NCBI GenBank assembly: GCA_001778235.1
Contig: MFGJ01000001.1
Span: 69,302-133,301, forward strand
DNA length: 64,000 nucleotides
Reading direction: 5' to 3'
From: Candidatus Falkowbacteria bacterium RIFOXYC2_FULL_36_12
GTDB taxonomy: Bacteria > Patescibacteriota > Patescibacteriia > UBA11705
Under the pieces are notes generated by a model that saw only the letters and a program-made list of their open reading frames with translations, made no database searches and was not told where the DNA came from. This document shows positions 51,830-60,991 of the stretch, piece by piece. How positions within the stretch are numbered: position 1 is the first letter of the stretch; every line of letters starts with the position of its first letter. The translations under genes and the position numbers were made by a program.

Positions 51830-53212
51830 ATGAAAATTACAAAAAATTTACTGGAAAAAAGCCAAGTTGAATTAACAATTGAAATTTCACAAGAGGATTT
51901 AAAGCCATATTTAGAAAAAGCAGCAATTGAATTAACAGAGAAAAAACCTCTGCAGGGCTTCAGACCGGGCAAGGCTCCATACGAAATTGTGAGAAAACAG
52001 CTCGGAGAAATGGTTATTTTACAACAAGCTTCCAATGCGATTATTGGCGAGACTTTTTATCAAGCGATTGAAAAAGAAAAACTTGAAACAGTTGACCAGC
52101 CAAACATAAGCATTGTAAAAATGGCACCGGAAAATCCATTTATTTACAAAGCAACGGTTTCGCTACTACCTGAAATTAAATTAGTTGATTTTACTACTAT
52201 AAAAATAAAAAAATCAGCGGAAATCAAAATTACTGATGATGATGTAAACAAAGTCATTAAGGATTTACAAAATATGCGGGCGACTGAAGTTAATGTTGAT
52301 CGAGAAGTAAAAAAAGATGATAAAGTTGAAGTAAATTTTGAAACATTTATTGATGGTGTGGCGCTGGCTGGAGGTAAAGCAGAAAAATATCCGCTAGTAA
52401 TTGGTGCAGGACAGATGATACCAGGATTTGAAGAAAAGGTGATTGGAATGAAAAAAGATGAAGAAAAACAATTTGAAATAAGTTTCCCAAAAGATTATCA
52501 TCAAACAAAAATTGCTGGGAAAAAAGCAAAATTCAAAATCAAATTATTGCAAGTCTTTGAGCGACAACTACCAGAATTGAATGATGATTTTGCTAAAAAC
52601 CTTGGGGTAAAAACTGTTATTGATTTGCAAAATCAAATTAAGCATAATCTGGAACACGAAAATCAACACAAACAAGAACATGGGCAAGACATGGATATTG
52701 TAAATGCGATAATTGATAAATCTGAATTCGGACAATTACCAGAAGTTTTGATAACAGATGAAGCAAGAAAAATGATGGAAGAATTGAAGGACAATGTGGC
52801 TCATCAGGGTCTAGGATTTGAAGATTATTTAAATCATTTGAAGAAAAAAGAAAGCGATTTACTGCTAGATTTTACACCTGACGCAATCAAGAGAGTAAAA
52901 ACTGCTTTGGCGATCAGACAAATGGCAAAAGACAAAAATATTTCTGCAACTAAAGATGAAATTCAGCAAGAAAAGGAAATAACTTTAGCTTCATACAAAA
53001 TGAACCCTGCCTATGCACAACACATGGCACAGCTGGAACAAAATATGAAATCTGAATCTGCCGAGAGATATTTTGGTAATGTTATTACCAATAGAAAAGT
53101 TATGGACATGCTACGAGAAACCATGATTGAGGGCTATGCAAAACATAGTTGTGAACATGAGGAAGGACATGACCATGGTCATTCTGACGATGGTAAAGAT
53201 GGGGGTAAATAA
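51830..53212 (+). CDS. tig: Trigger factor with a His-rich C-terminal tail
   Basis: N-terminal ribosome-binding pattern (GFRPGKAPYEIV), FKBP-like middle, HEEGHDHGHSDDG tail. Confidence 0.85.
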   Translation: MKITKNLLEKSQVELTIEISQEDLKPYLEKAAIELTEKKPLQGFRPGKAPYEIVRKQLGEMVILQQASNAIIGETFYQAIEKEKLETVDQPNISIVKMAPENPFIYKATVSLLPEIKLVDFTTIKIKKSAEIKITDDDVNKVIKDLQNMRATEVNVDREVKKDDKVEVNFETFIDGVALAGGKAEKYPLVIGAGQMIPGFEEKVIGMKKDEEKQFEISFPKDYHQTKIAGKKAKFKIKLLQVFERQLPELNDDFAKNLGVKTVIDLQNQIKHNLEHENQHKQEHGQDMDIVNAIIDKSEFGQLPEVLITDEARKMMEELKDNVAHQGLGFEDYLNHLKKKESDLLLDFTPDAIKRVKTALAIRQMAKDKNISATKDEIQQEKEITLASYKMNPAYAQHMAQLEQNMKSESAERYFGNVITNRKVMDMLRETMIEGYAKHSCEHEEGHDHGHSDDGKDGGK

Positions 53213-53228
53213 ATATAGAATGATGAAA

Positions 53229-53256
53229 ATTGGCGCTTTGGCGCCTTTTTTGATAG
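53229..53256 (+). terminator. Intrinsic terminator (ggcgctttggcgcc hairpin + T-run), copy 1
   Basis: aaattggcgctttggcgccttttttgat. Confidence 0.65.
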
Positions 53257-53289
53257 AATAAATAAGTATTATTATTAACTTAGAATCGT

Positions 53290-53901
53290 ATGTCTGAAGG
53301 ATTTTTAACACCAGAGGAGAAAAAATTATTGAGTCAAGAGGTGGATGACTCTGGATCTCGGGTAATATTCTCTGATAGAGAAAACCCAAAACAAACAAAA
53401 AGGGATGCTGAAAGAACAATAGCAGAAAATGAGGGGATAATTTACGAGAATTTATTTGCTATGATTAAAATGGAAGGGCATATTTGTGTGCCACGAGAAT
53501 TTGTAAACAAATATGTGGGGCTTCAAGAGGAGTTAGCAAAATGGGAGGGAACATCCCCTAAAAAATTTCCAGCGATGGTTGAAGGAAAGTCTCTTTATTA
53601 TCTAGATGCAAATCATAGCTTGATCGAAGTTGAGATCGATCAGAACAAAATTGACCCGGTTGTTGTTAAAAAATTAATTAATGAGCAAATTCGAGAGAGA
53701 GGTATTATTACTAAACAAATTTCAATCCGTGGATATGTTTCGGAGGAAATATCCAAGAACGATCTTCCATTAGTACTAATGAACAATGCAGAAAGATTAG
53801 AAAATATGTTCTATGTAATTACAGGTGATTATAAACGCATGAAAACAGATGAAGCTAATGCAGCGCAAGCTGAAGTTGATACTAAAAGTTTAACATTCTA
53901 A
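53290..53901 (+). CDS. Hypothetical protein (203 aa)
   Basis: ORF bracketed by two copies of the same terminator hairpin. Confidence 0.4.
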   Translation: MSEGFLTPEEKKLLSQEVDDSGSRVIFSDRENPKQTKRDAERTIAENEGIIYENLFAMIKMEGHICVPREFVNKYVGLQEELAKWEGTSPKKFPAMVEGKSLYYLDANHSLIEVEIDQNKIDPVVVKKLINEQIRERGIITKQISIRGYVSEEISKNDLPLVLMNNAERLENMFYVITGDYKRMKTDEANAAQAEVDTKSLTF

Positions 53902-53908
53902 TAAACGA

Positions 53909-53937
53909 AAACTGGCGCTTTGGCGCCTTTTTTTGAT
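53909..53937 (+). terminator. Intrinsic terminator (same hairpin), copy 2
   Basis: aaactggcgctttggcgcctttttttgat. Confidence 0.65.
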
Positions 53938-54006
53938 ATACTTGAGATGTTCATAATTGAATGTTGTTGACTTTGTAACAAGTGCAGAGTGACAATTGTA
54001 ATTATA

Positions 54007-54839
54007 TGAAACTTGGTGCACATGTATCAATTGCTGGCGGAATATTTAAGGCTCCGCTCAACGCAAAAAAACTGGGGTGTGAAACCTTTCAGATATTTTC
54101 GAGATCACCAAGAGGTGGAATGCCACCTGAAATAACTGATAATATTGTTGAACAATTTAAAAATAATATGGAGCAGGCTGATATTAAAAACTTTTATATC
54201 CACGCACCATATTTTATTAATCTGGCATCAGATAAACCAAGAATTGCCAAGGGATCAATTGAAATATTAAGATCAGAGCTTGAACGAGGTAATAAACTGG
54301 GAGCGGTCGGTGTAATGTTTCACATGGGTAGTGCCAAGGATTTTGGTTCAACCAAGTCACTTAAAATGGCGATTGATGCAATCAATGAAATATTAGAAAA
54401 TTATGATGGTAAAACATTGTTATTAATTGAAAATTCAGCTGGTGCAGGAGAAATTTTGGGTGATAAATTTGATGAAATTGGATTTATAATAAAGAAAATA
54501 AAAAATAAAGCTAAAATTGGTGTATGTCTGGATACCTGTCATATGTTTGCCTCTGGTTATGATATGAGAGATAAAAAAAGTTTGGGAAAAACATTAATGG
54601 AGTTTGAAAAACATATTGGAATAAAATTTTTGCAGGTTATTCATCTCAATGATTCAAAAACCGAGCTTGGTTCAAATAAAGATAGACATGAAGTAATTGG
54701 AAATGGCTTGATTGGACAAGAAGGTTTCAAACAAATTCTGCATAATATAAAACTGAAATCAGTTGATGGGATTATTGAAACTCCAGATTTGAAAAATAAC
54801 AGTTCCACAAGCTTAAATGTTTTGAAAAAACTAAGATAA
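54007..54839 (+). CDS. nfo: Endonuclease IV (AP endonuclease, TIM-barrel)
   Basis: MKLGAHVSIAGG N-terminus; metal-binding His/Asp/Glu pattern (HAPYFINLAS...CLDTCHMFASGYD...HLND). Confidence 0.8.
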
Positions 54840-54906
54840 TATTTATAAACAGGATGAATTGTGATATAATCATATTATTATTATAATTTTCTAGCTAGAT
54901 TTAATT

Positions 54907-55605
54907 ATGTTTAATAAAAATCCCCTAAACCCGACTCAACCAATGGATAGGAAGATAAGTCTGAAAAAAATGTCAGATATAACTTGGAGAATTTTCAGAA
55001 TTATGTCGGAATTTGTTGAGGGGTTTCAATTTTTATCTGATTTTAATAAAGAAGTTACTATCTTTGGTTCAGCAAGACTCAAACCACAATCAAAATGGTA
55101 CACAGAAGCTGAAAAACTGGGTGAACTACTGGTAAAAAAGAAATTTTCTGTAATTACCGGTGGTGGACCTGGTATTATGGAAGCGGCAAACAAAGGTGCT
55201 TTCAAGGTTGACCCAAATAAATCAATTGGAATAAATATTCAACTACCGGCTGAACAAAGAACCAATTCTTATGTTGGCCAGGCTAAAGCTTTTTATTATT
55301 TTTTTACTAGAAAAGTAATGCTGGCGGCATCAGCACAGGCTTATATTTTTTTTCCTGGTGGGTTTGGAACAATTGATGAATTTATGGAAATATTGACATT
55401 GATTCAAACTAGAAAAATGCAAAAAACACCAATAATTTTGGTGGGAATAAAATTTTGGACTCCGCTTATTAAATGGTTTGAAAAATCATTTCGAGACCAA
55501 TACAAAACTATTCACTCTGAAGACTTAAAATTGTTTAATCTGGTTGATTCAGCTGAAGAGGTCATGAAAATTGTCAAAAAATCAAAGGAAAGAACAATAT
55601 TCTGA
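54907..55605 (+). CDS. LOG-family protein (cytokinin riboside 5'-monophosphate phosphoribohydrolase-like)
   Basis: GGGPGIMEAANKGA and PGGFGTIDEF signature motifs. Confidence 0.8.
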   Translation: MFNKNPLNPTQPMDRKISLKKMSDITWRIFRIMSEFVEGFQFLSDFNKEVTIFGSARLKPQSKWYTEAEKLGELLVKKKFSVITGGGPGIMEAANKGAFKVDPNKSIGINIQLPAEQRTNSYVGQAKAFYYFFTRKVMLAASAQAYIFFPGGFGTIDEFMEILTLIQTRKMQKTPIILVGIKFWTPLIKWFEKSFRDQYKTIHSEDLKLFNLVDSAEEVMKIVKKSKERTIF

Positions 55606-55717
55606 TTTTAAAATAATATTCACTTTATAAAGTCCGCTTGGCAAAAGCGGATTTTGATATTGTAAATTGGATTTTTAGTTGCTAAGATTGATTGAGATGG
55701 TAATATAATATTAATTT

Positions 55718-56239
55718 ATGTCTACAATAGCAATTTGCTCTGATTCACATGATAATATCCCAAATATTGATAAATTTTTGAATTACTGCAAAAGACACAA
55801 TATAAAACTCATGATTCATTGTGGAGATATTACTACCCTAGAAACAAAAAAGTATTTTCAAGAAAATTTCCGAGGTAAAATTTATTTTGTAGAGGGAAAT
55901 GCTGATATTACAAGTATTGAACAAGAAAAATCTATTGAAACCAAAAGAACTAATAGATTTCAAGTAATAAAAAGAGCTCCAGTCCCCTTCTTGGAATTAA
56001 TTGTTGACCAGATACAAATTGCTGTTTGTCACAAGAAAGATAAAGCAATACGATTAGCAAAAAAAGGTTTTTATCATTTTGTTTTTTTTGGGCATACACA
56101 TAAACCATGGCAGGAAAAAATTGATAAGTCATTTATTATAAATCCCGGAACGCTAGCTGGCATGTTTACCCCACCGAGCTTTGCAACATACAACACAACG
56201 ACAAAACAACTAGAATTAATTCAAGTACATAATCTATGA
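55718..56239 (+). CDS. YfcE/MJ0936-like metallophosphoesterase
   Basis: IAICSDSHDN...HCGDI...GNAD...GHTH motif order. Confidence 0.65.
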   Translation: MSTIAICSDSHDNIPNIDKFLNYCKRHNIKLMIHCGDITTLETKKYFQENFRGKIYFVEGNADITSIEQEKSIETKRTNRFQVIKRAPVPFLELIVDQIQIAVCHKKDKAIRLAKKGFYHFVFFGHTHKPWQEKIDKSFIINPGTLAGMFTPPSFATYNTTTKQLELIQVHNL

Positions 56240-56838
56240 TGATTGAAATAAACAAAGAAAATCCTGAATACCCAAAAATCAAACTGGCGGTAGAAACTTT
56301 GCGAAATGAAGGTGTTATTGTTTATCCGACTGATACAATTTATGGTTTAGGTTGTGATATTTCCAGTAAAAAAGCGATTGATAAAATTTATAGAATTAAA
56401 AATAAAAAAGCTACTGGCTTTAGTTTTATAATTCCTGATTTGAGCCAAATATCAAAATACGCCTATGTTTCAGATTATGCCTATAAATTGATGAAAAGGC
56501 TTTTGCCTGGTCCATATACTTTTATACTCAAAGCTACAAAAATTGTACCAAAGCAATTAATTCCAAATAAAAAAACTGTAGCAATAAGAATTCCTGACAA
56601 TATAATCACTGCAGAAATTGTAAAGTTGCTTGGTAACCCAATTGTTTCTACCAGTGTAAATATTACAGGCGGAATTCATTTTACTGATCCGATTGATATT
56701 GAAAAAAAATTTGGTAATGATATTGATTTAATAATTGACATTGGTCCCCTACCAAACGATGCTTCAACGGTTATTGATCTGACAAATGATGAACCAATTA
56801 TTATTCGTGAAGGCAAAGGCGATATTTCTGTAATTTAA
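56236..56838 (+). CDS. tsaC: L-threonylcarbamoyladenylate synthase TsaC/YrdC
   Basis: VIVYPTDTIYGLGCD motif and the YrdC pattern. Confidence 0.85.
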   Translation: MMIEINKENPEYPKIKLAVETLRNEGVIVYPTDTIYGLGCDISSKKAIDKIYRIKNKKATGFSFIIPDLSQISKYAYVSDYAYKLMKRLLPGPYTFILKATKIVPKQLIPNKKTVAIRIPDNIITAEIVKLLGNPIVSTSVNITGGIHFTDPIDIEKKFGNDIDLIIDIGPLPNDASTVIDLTNDEPIIIREGKGDISVI

Positions 56839-56898
56839 ATTCATTTAATTTATTTCTTTAATAAAAATTGCTACAATAATGAAGTAGTAATTTTTTAT

Positions 56899-57123
56899 AT
56901 GAAAATAAATGTTAAAGTAATCACCAAGTCAAAACTAAATAAGGTGGAAAAAATATCGGATAATGATTATAAAGTCTGGCTAAATGTGATGCCGATTGAA
57001 GGCAAAGCAAACAAATTATTGATAAAATTGTTATCTAAATTTCTAAAAGTTCCAATGAATAAAATCAGCATATTTGCTGGTTCGCGGAATAAAAATAAAA
57101 TAATCACTATTGACAAAACCTAA
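56899..57123 (+). CDS. DUF167/YggU-family small protein
   Basis: VMPIEGKANKLLIKLLSKFLKV...ISIFAGSRNKNKII pattern of the UPF0235 family. Confidence 0.55.
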   Translation: MKINVKVITKSKLNKVEKISDNDYKVWLNVMPIEGKANKLLIKLLSKFLKVPMNKISIFAGSRNKNKIITIDKT

Positions 57124-57172
57124 ACTTTTGTATATAATATGATGTTCTCCGCAGACGGGAAGGACTGGAATC

Positions 57173-57517
57173 ATGGATGAAAATCAGCCTATTTTGGCAC
57201 AATCTATTTTTGTTATTCTATGTGTTCTTGTATACATCTTTTTAGTCTGTGCTAAGGAAGGTGTTTTGGACTATACCTGGCTTGACTCCACTGATTACCC
57301 TGAATATGGAGAATGGGCATATGAACCAATACTTGGAAGTGGGAATTGTGTAGATTACCATGGTAAAAAAAGTCATTACGAGAAACTTAATATTGCAATA
57401 GACGAATACTCATCTAGATTTACTCAATTTATTTGTGATGGAACAAAGCCAAACAACAGTTATGAAGCATTTTATGTAGGAACTACATTGCTAAATCTGC
57501 TTGTGTCAACAAAATAA
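57173..57517 (+). CDS. Hypothetical membrane-anchored protein (114 aa)
   Basis: N-terminal TM helix; Cys-containing C-terminal part. Confidence 0.35.
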   Translation: MDENQPILAQSIFVILCVLVYIFLVCAKEGVLDYTWLDSTDYPEYGEWAYEPILGSGNCVDYHGKKSHYEKLNIAIDEYSSRFTQFICDGTKPNNSYEAFYVGTTLLNLLVSTK

Positions 57518-57600
57518 GTTCAAGATCGTCAAAATGACGGTTTTTTCTTTTATTTAATTTTAGGGACAAACAATACTTTTGTGTCGTAAAACTATACTTC

Positions 57601-57620
57601 AATGTTTCACGTGAAACATT
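57601..57620. promoter_or_regulatory. 20-bp perfect palindrome aatgtttcacgtgaaacatt (copy 1); putative operator or recombination site
   Basis: Perfect dyad centred on CACGTG; an identical copy lies at 58450-58469. Confidence 0.5.
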
Positions 57621-57793
57621 TTATAATGTTATTATTTTTTAGAATATTTATATAACTTGAGTAAGCATTTATAAATATTCATATAGTGATCAATTGATGA
57701 TGAGATAACACATCTAATACCTAAAATATCCACTACACTATTTTAATCATACATACTAATATTGAGTATTTTGTGATTGAATTGTTAAATGAT

Positions 57794-58135
57794 TGATTTT
57801 AAAGTAAATTTAAACAAAATTTAGCTATTTGTATAGACTATTGTAGACAAACAGAAAATAAGTTAAATCCTGTTTTTAAAGTAAATTTAAACAAAAATAC
57901 GCGTTTGTATAGACCATTGTAGACATCTATGTGATATTTTCCGAGTAAATACCTATAATTTGCTAATAATCAACATTTTTATAGTAAATTTAAACAAAAA
58001 TTAGCGTTTGTATAGACTATTGTAGACATTTATAAAATTTTCTGTTAAAAATCTGAAATAACCCTACTTTTTTGATTTTAAAGTAAATTTAAACAAAAAA
58101 TAGCCCTAGATGTATAGACCATTGTGTACAAACAT
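57794..58135 (+). repeat. Array of four degenerate ~50-bp direct repeats (iteron-like)
   Basis: Core agtaaatttaaacaaaa...tttgtatagac[ct]attgtagaca at ~57797, 57875, 57977, 58075; spacers of ~28-50 bp differ. Confidence 0.7.
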
Positions 58136-58229
58136 GCTAAATTTTGGTAGTTATCAATAGTTTATCCACAGAATTTTGGTATTTTGGCTGTAATATTGGT
58201 GGAAAAACTATATACTTATTTTTATACCC

Positions 58230-58305
58230 TGGTGACCCCACCAGGACTTGAACCTGGATCAAAGGCTTAGGACGCCCCTATTCTATCCAATTGAACTATG
58301 GGATC
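58230..58305 (-). tRNA. tRNA-Arg (anticodon CCT)
   Basis: Cloverleaf: acceptor GATCCCA/TGGGGTC, anticodon loop GTCCTAA, T-arm CCAGGTTCAAGTCCTGG, CCA encoded. Confidence 0.75.
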
Positions 58306-58449
58306 GTAGTTGGTTGTAAGCCCTGAAGTAGATGCTATGCATCACTTCAAGGCAAGCGAGTATGGTTAAACCTGTATTAATGACTGTATTTTACTGTATT
58401 CAATAAATTTATTCAAGGTAATGTTTAATTAGTTTGTGATATTAAATGG

Positions 58450-58469
58450 AATGTTTCACGTGAAACATT
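58450..58469. promoter_or_regulatory. 20-bp perfect palindrome aatgtttcacgtgaaacatt (copy 2)
   Basis: Identical to 57601-57620. Confidence 0.5.
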
Positions 58470-58618
58470 TTTTATTTATAATAATATTTTTTTATTATTT
58501 TTACTAGAATTAAACATATTAAAGTGTCGTAAAATATTAATTATTTAATTATCAAAGAGTAAAAGTTTTGAAGAGTGATAATTAATATTCAAAACGCATG
58601 AAACAAGATTTCCTTTGG

Positions 58619-58919
58619 CCATGCACTATAAACAAGTTTAAGTGCATGGCGAGTAAGCTCGCTGTGGGAAAAGTTTCGAGTGAGGAATAAAAATTAATTA
58701 TTTATACCCTGAAACAAGTTCAGGGTGACAGGTGAGTGTGTTGGTGGCGCGCATTACCGCCCCAGACCTGCCTTCATCAAGATTACAGCAGGCAATCCCC
58801 GAGGTTAGTTATGTTCGTGGTTTTATCACGAGAGAAATTGTTTATACCCTGAAACAAGTTCAGGGTGACAAATTGGGAGATACTGAAACCATGCACTATA
58901 AGCAAGTTTAAGTGCATAG
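58619..58919 (+). repeat. Nested direct repeats. The outer hairpin ccatgcactataaacaagtttaagtgcatgg occurs twice. The inner tataccctgaaacaagttcagggtgaca occurs twice. The core is a ~100-nt conserved element.
   Basis: Outer copies at 58619-58649 and 58889-58919; inner copies at 58703-58730 and 58843-58870; core 58724-58825 is homologous to 30238-30318. Confidence 0.7.
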
Positions 58920-58966
58920 AGTGTAAGCTAAGGACAGGCTTCTCATCCTGTCTGTTTAAAATAAAA

Positions 58967-59043
58967 TGGCGTCCGAGACAGGATTCGAACCTGTGACCTA
59001 CAGCTTAGAAGGCTGTTGCTCTATCCAGCTGAGCTACTCGGAC
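58967..59043 (-). tRNA. tRNA-Arg (anticodon TCT)
   Basis: Cloverleaf: acceptor GTCCGAG/CTCGGAC, D-arm GCTCAGCTGGATAGAGC, anticodon loop CTTCTAA, T-arm ACAGGTTCGAATCCTGT, CCA encoded. Confidence 0.8.
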
Positions 59044-59159
59044 ACAATTATGAGGAAATTATAGCAAGAAACCTTCAGTAAGTCAATGATATAGTTGACA
59101 ATTGTTGTTTTTCAGACTATAATATATAGTTGTGAGTCCACAAAGGGGGAGAGATACTG

Positions 59160-59561
59160 ATGATGTACGGGAGCAACGAGATAAGACCTTTTCAGTATTT
59201 CAAATTTTTTATTTTTTTTGTTGCTGGGGTTGTTCTTTTTTACGCTATAACTACTGGCATTTCATTGATTGCTCTTGCACCTGAAATCGAGCAGGTGAGT
59301 AAATTGAAAAAAACATTTGGATTTGAATGTACTTTTCAGATCAGGTGTGCAGAAAAATTGCGGGGTGAAAAAAATATCTACGAAAAAGAGCTTGATTTCA
59401 ACACTTGTTTTCAGCACCTTGAAAGCAATGCATTGCAGGAAATCCTTGAGAACCATAACAGGGTAGTTGACCTCCTGCCGTGGTGGGCATTTAAGTCACA
59501 TCTGCATGAAAAATGTATGATCCCGACCTATCCCAATCAATGGGCTGAAGCTGAATTGTAA
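59160..59561 (+). CDS. Hypothetical membrane-anchored protein (133 aa)
   Basis: ORF with an N-terminal TM helix and Cys residues. Confidence 0.35.
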   Translation: MMYGSNEIRPFQYFKFFIFFVAGVVLFYAITTGISLIALAPEIEQVSKLKKTFGFECTFQIRCAEKLRGEKNIYEKELDFNTCFQHLESNALQEILENHNRVVDLLPWWAFKSHLHEKCMIPTYPNQWAEAEL

Positions 59562-59654
59562 ACAAAAACAGTGATCGTATTCACTGCTTTTTTTATTTTA
59601 TATATATTTTGAGAAATAGGGGAGCATGAAATTATCAAGGCTTACTCGTGCTTG

Positions 59655-60629
59655 TTATTTATTTTTTTTTGATAATGGTTTGCGTTTATTGTGAAAAGCT
59701 TTGTGAACATCTCTAAGTTGTTGATTGGTAATGTGAGTATATATCTGTGTAGTTGTAATGGATGAATGGCCAAGAATTGATTGGACTGAACGAATATCAG
59801 CACCATTCATTAGTAAATCAGTAGCAAAGCTATGACGCATAGTGTGCGGTGTTACACTTTGGTTTATACCTACAAGCTGGGCGTATTTTTTTACTATTCG
59901 TTCTAAACTTCTCGGAGTTAAGCCAATAAAATCTTTTTCTTCTGCAGTTGAATTATTACGAGCTTCAGCGGCTTTATCATGACCAATAAACAAAAACAAG
60001 TTTTTATCTTTGCGAAGCTTTCGATATTCCTGTATCCAATAACGAGCTTGGTTGGATAGAAAGGCGACTCGAATTTTGCCACCCTTACCGCGGATAGAAA
60101 ATTCTGTTTTTTTTATATTTAAATCTTTTTTTAAGCTCGCAAGCTCTGATACACGCATCCCGGTTGAAAAGAATAATTCAAGAATGGCTTTATCACGAAA
60201 TTGAATTATTTTGGGATTTTTTGACTTCAGCGGAGCATCAAGCAAATTGTACAAATCACTGCCTTCAAGAAAACCAACATGGCGCATCTGCAGACGAGCT
60301 AGTTCAACCTTTTCCGGAGCCAATGAACTAATATCTCGCTTGGCTAAATATTTCAAGAATGAACGGATAGCAATCAAATGATAATTTTGAGTGTTTTTTT
60401 GTAATGATTCTTTTGTTTTTGGATCTTTGAACCGATTGAGCCAAAGGCGAAAAAGTCTAACCGCATCGAGACTGATTTTTTCTGGAGTAGTTATATTTGA
60501 GCTCTTGAGCCAACCAGAAAAACGACGCAGATAGAAGTCATAATTGCGAATAGTGCGCTCGGTGCGTCCTTTGGCGACTTCTAAATCCTGAAGAAAGTCT
60601 GTGATTAATTTATCCAGTTTTGAAGACAT
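59655..60629 (-). CDS. xerC: Tyrosine recombinase, XerC/XerD-like
   Basis: C-terminal catalytic pattern HTMRHSFATDLLMNGADIRSVQSILGHSSITTTQIYTHI with a plausible nucleophile Tyr; N-terminal SAM-like core-binding domain. Confidence 0.8.
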   Translation of the reverse strand: MSSKLDKLITDFLQDLEVAKGRTERTIRNYDFYLRRFSGWLKSSNITTPEKISLDAVRLFRLWLNRFKDPKTKESLQKNTQNYHLIAIRSFLKYLAKRDISSLAPEKVELARLQMRHVGFLEGSDLYNLLDAPLKSKNPKIIQFRDKAILELFFSTGMRVSELASLKKDLNIKKTEFSIRGKGGKIRVAFLSNQARYWIQEYRKLRKDKNLFLFIGHDKAAEARNNSTAEEKDFIGLTPRSLERIVKKYAQLVGINQSVTPHTMRHSFATDLLMNGADIRSVQSILGHSSITTTQIYTHITNQQLRDVHKAFHNKRKPLSKKNK

Positions 60630-60991
60630 TGTGTTTTTATTTTATTGATTTAATAATTTATTTACTTAATGAACGAATGTACTTTAATTTTACGACACTT
60701 TTGAATTTGGGACAAGAGGTGAGGGGTGAGAATTGTTAGATTTTAGTTGACAGATTATAGTTATGATTGGTTGATTATTTTATTTATTTATGAAATAATG
60801 CTTGCTATTGCCAAAATTTAATAGATGTGTTAGAATAATTAAAGCTTAATAAATTAACTACTCTGTGGAGCTAGCCCTGAAATCTCATAGAAGATGAAGC
60901 GGTTCTGTGGAGAAATTACAAAACTACAAAAAGTTACGAAATATTACAAAATATTTTATAACGAGCTGTAAGGTTGTAATGAAGTAAAATT

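Noticed and set aside
57794-58135. Possible CRISPR array (four ~50-bp repeats with ~30-50-bp spacers)
   Set aside because: The repeats are degenerate (~85% identity), spacer lengths are irregular (28-50 bp), and there are no cas genes in the window. An iteron or binding-site array fits better.
58153-58161. Perfect DnaA box TTATCCACA suggesting oriC
   Set aside because: It is a single 9-mer. Chance expectation in 64 kb of AT-rich sequence on two strands is ~0.5, and there is no dnaA/dnaN or box cluster nearby.
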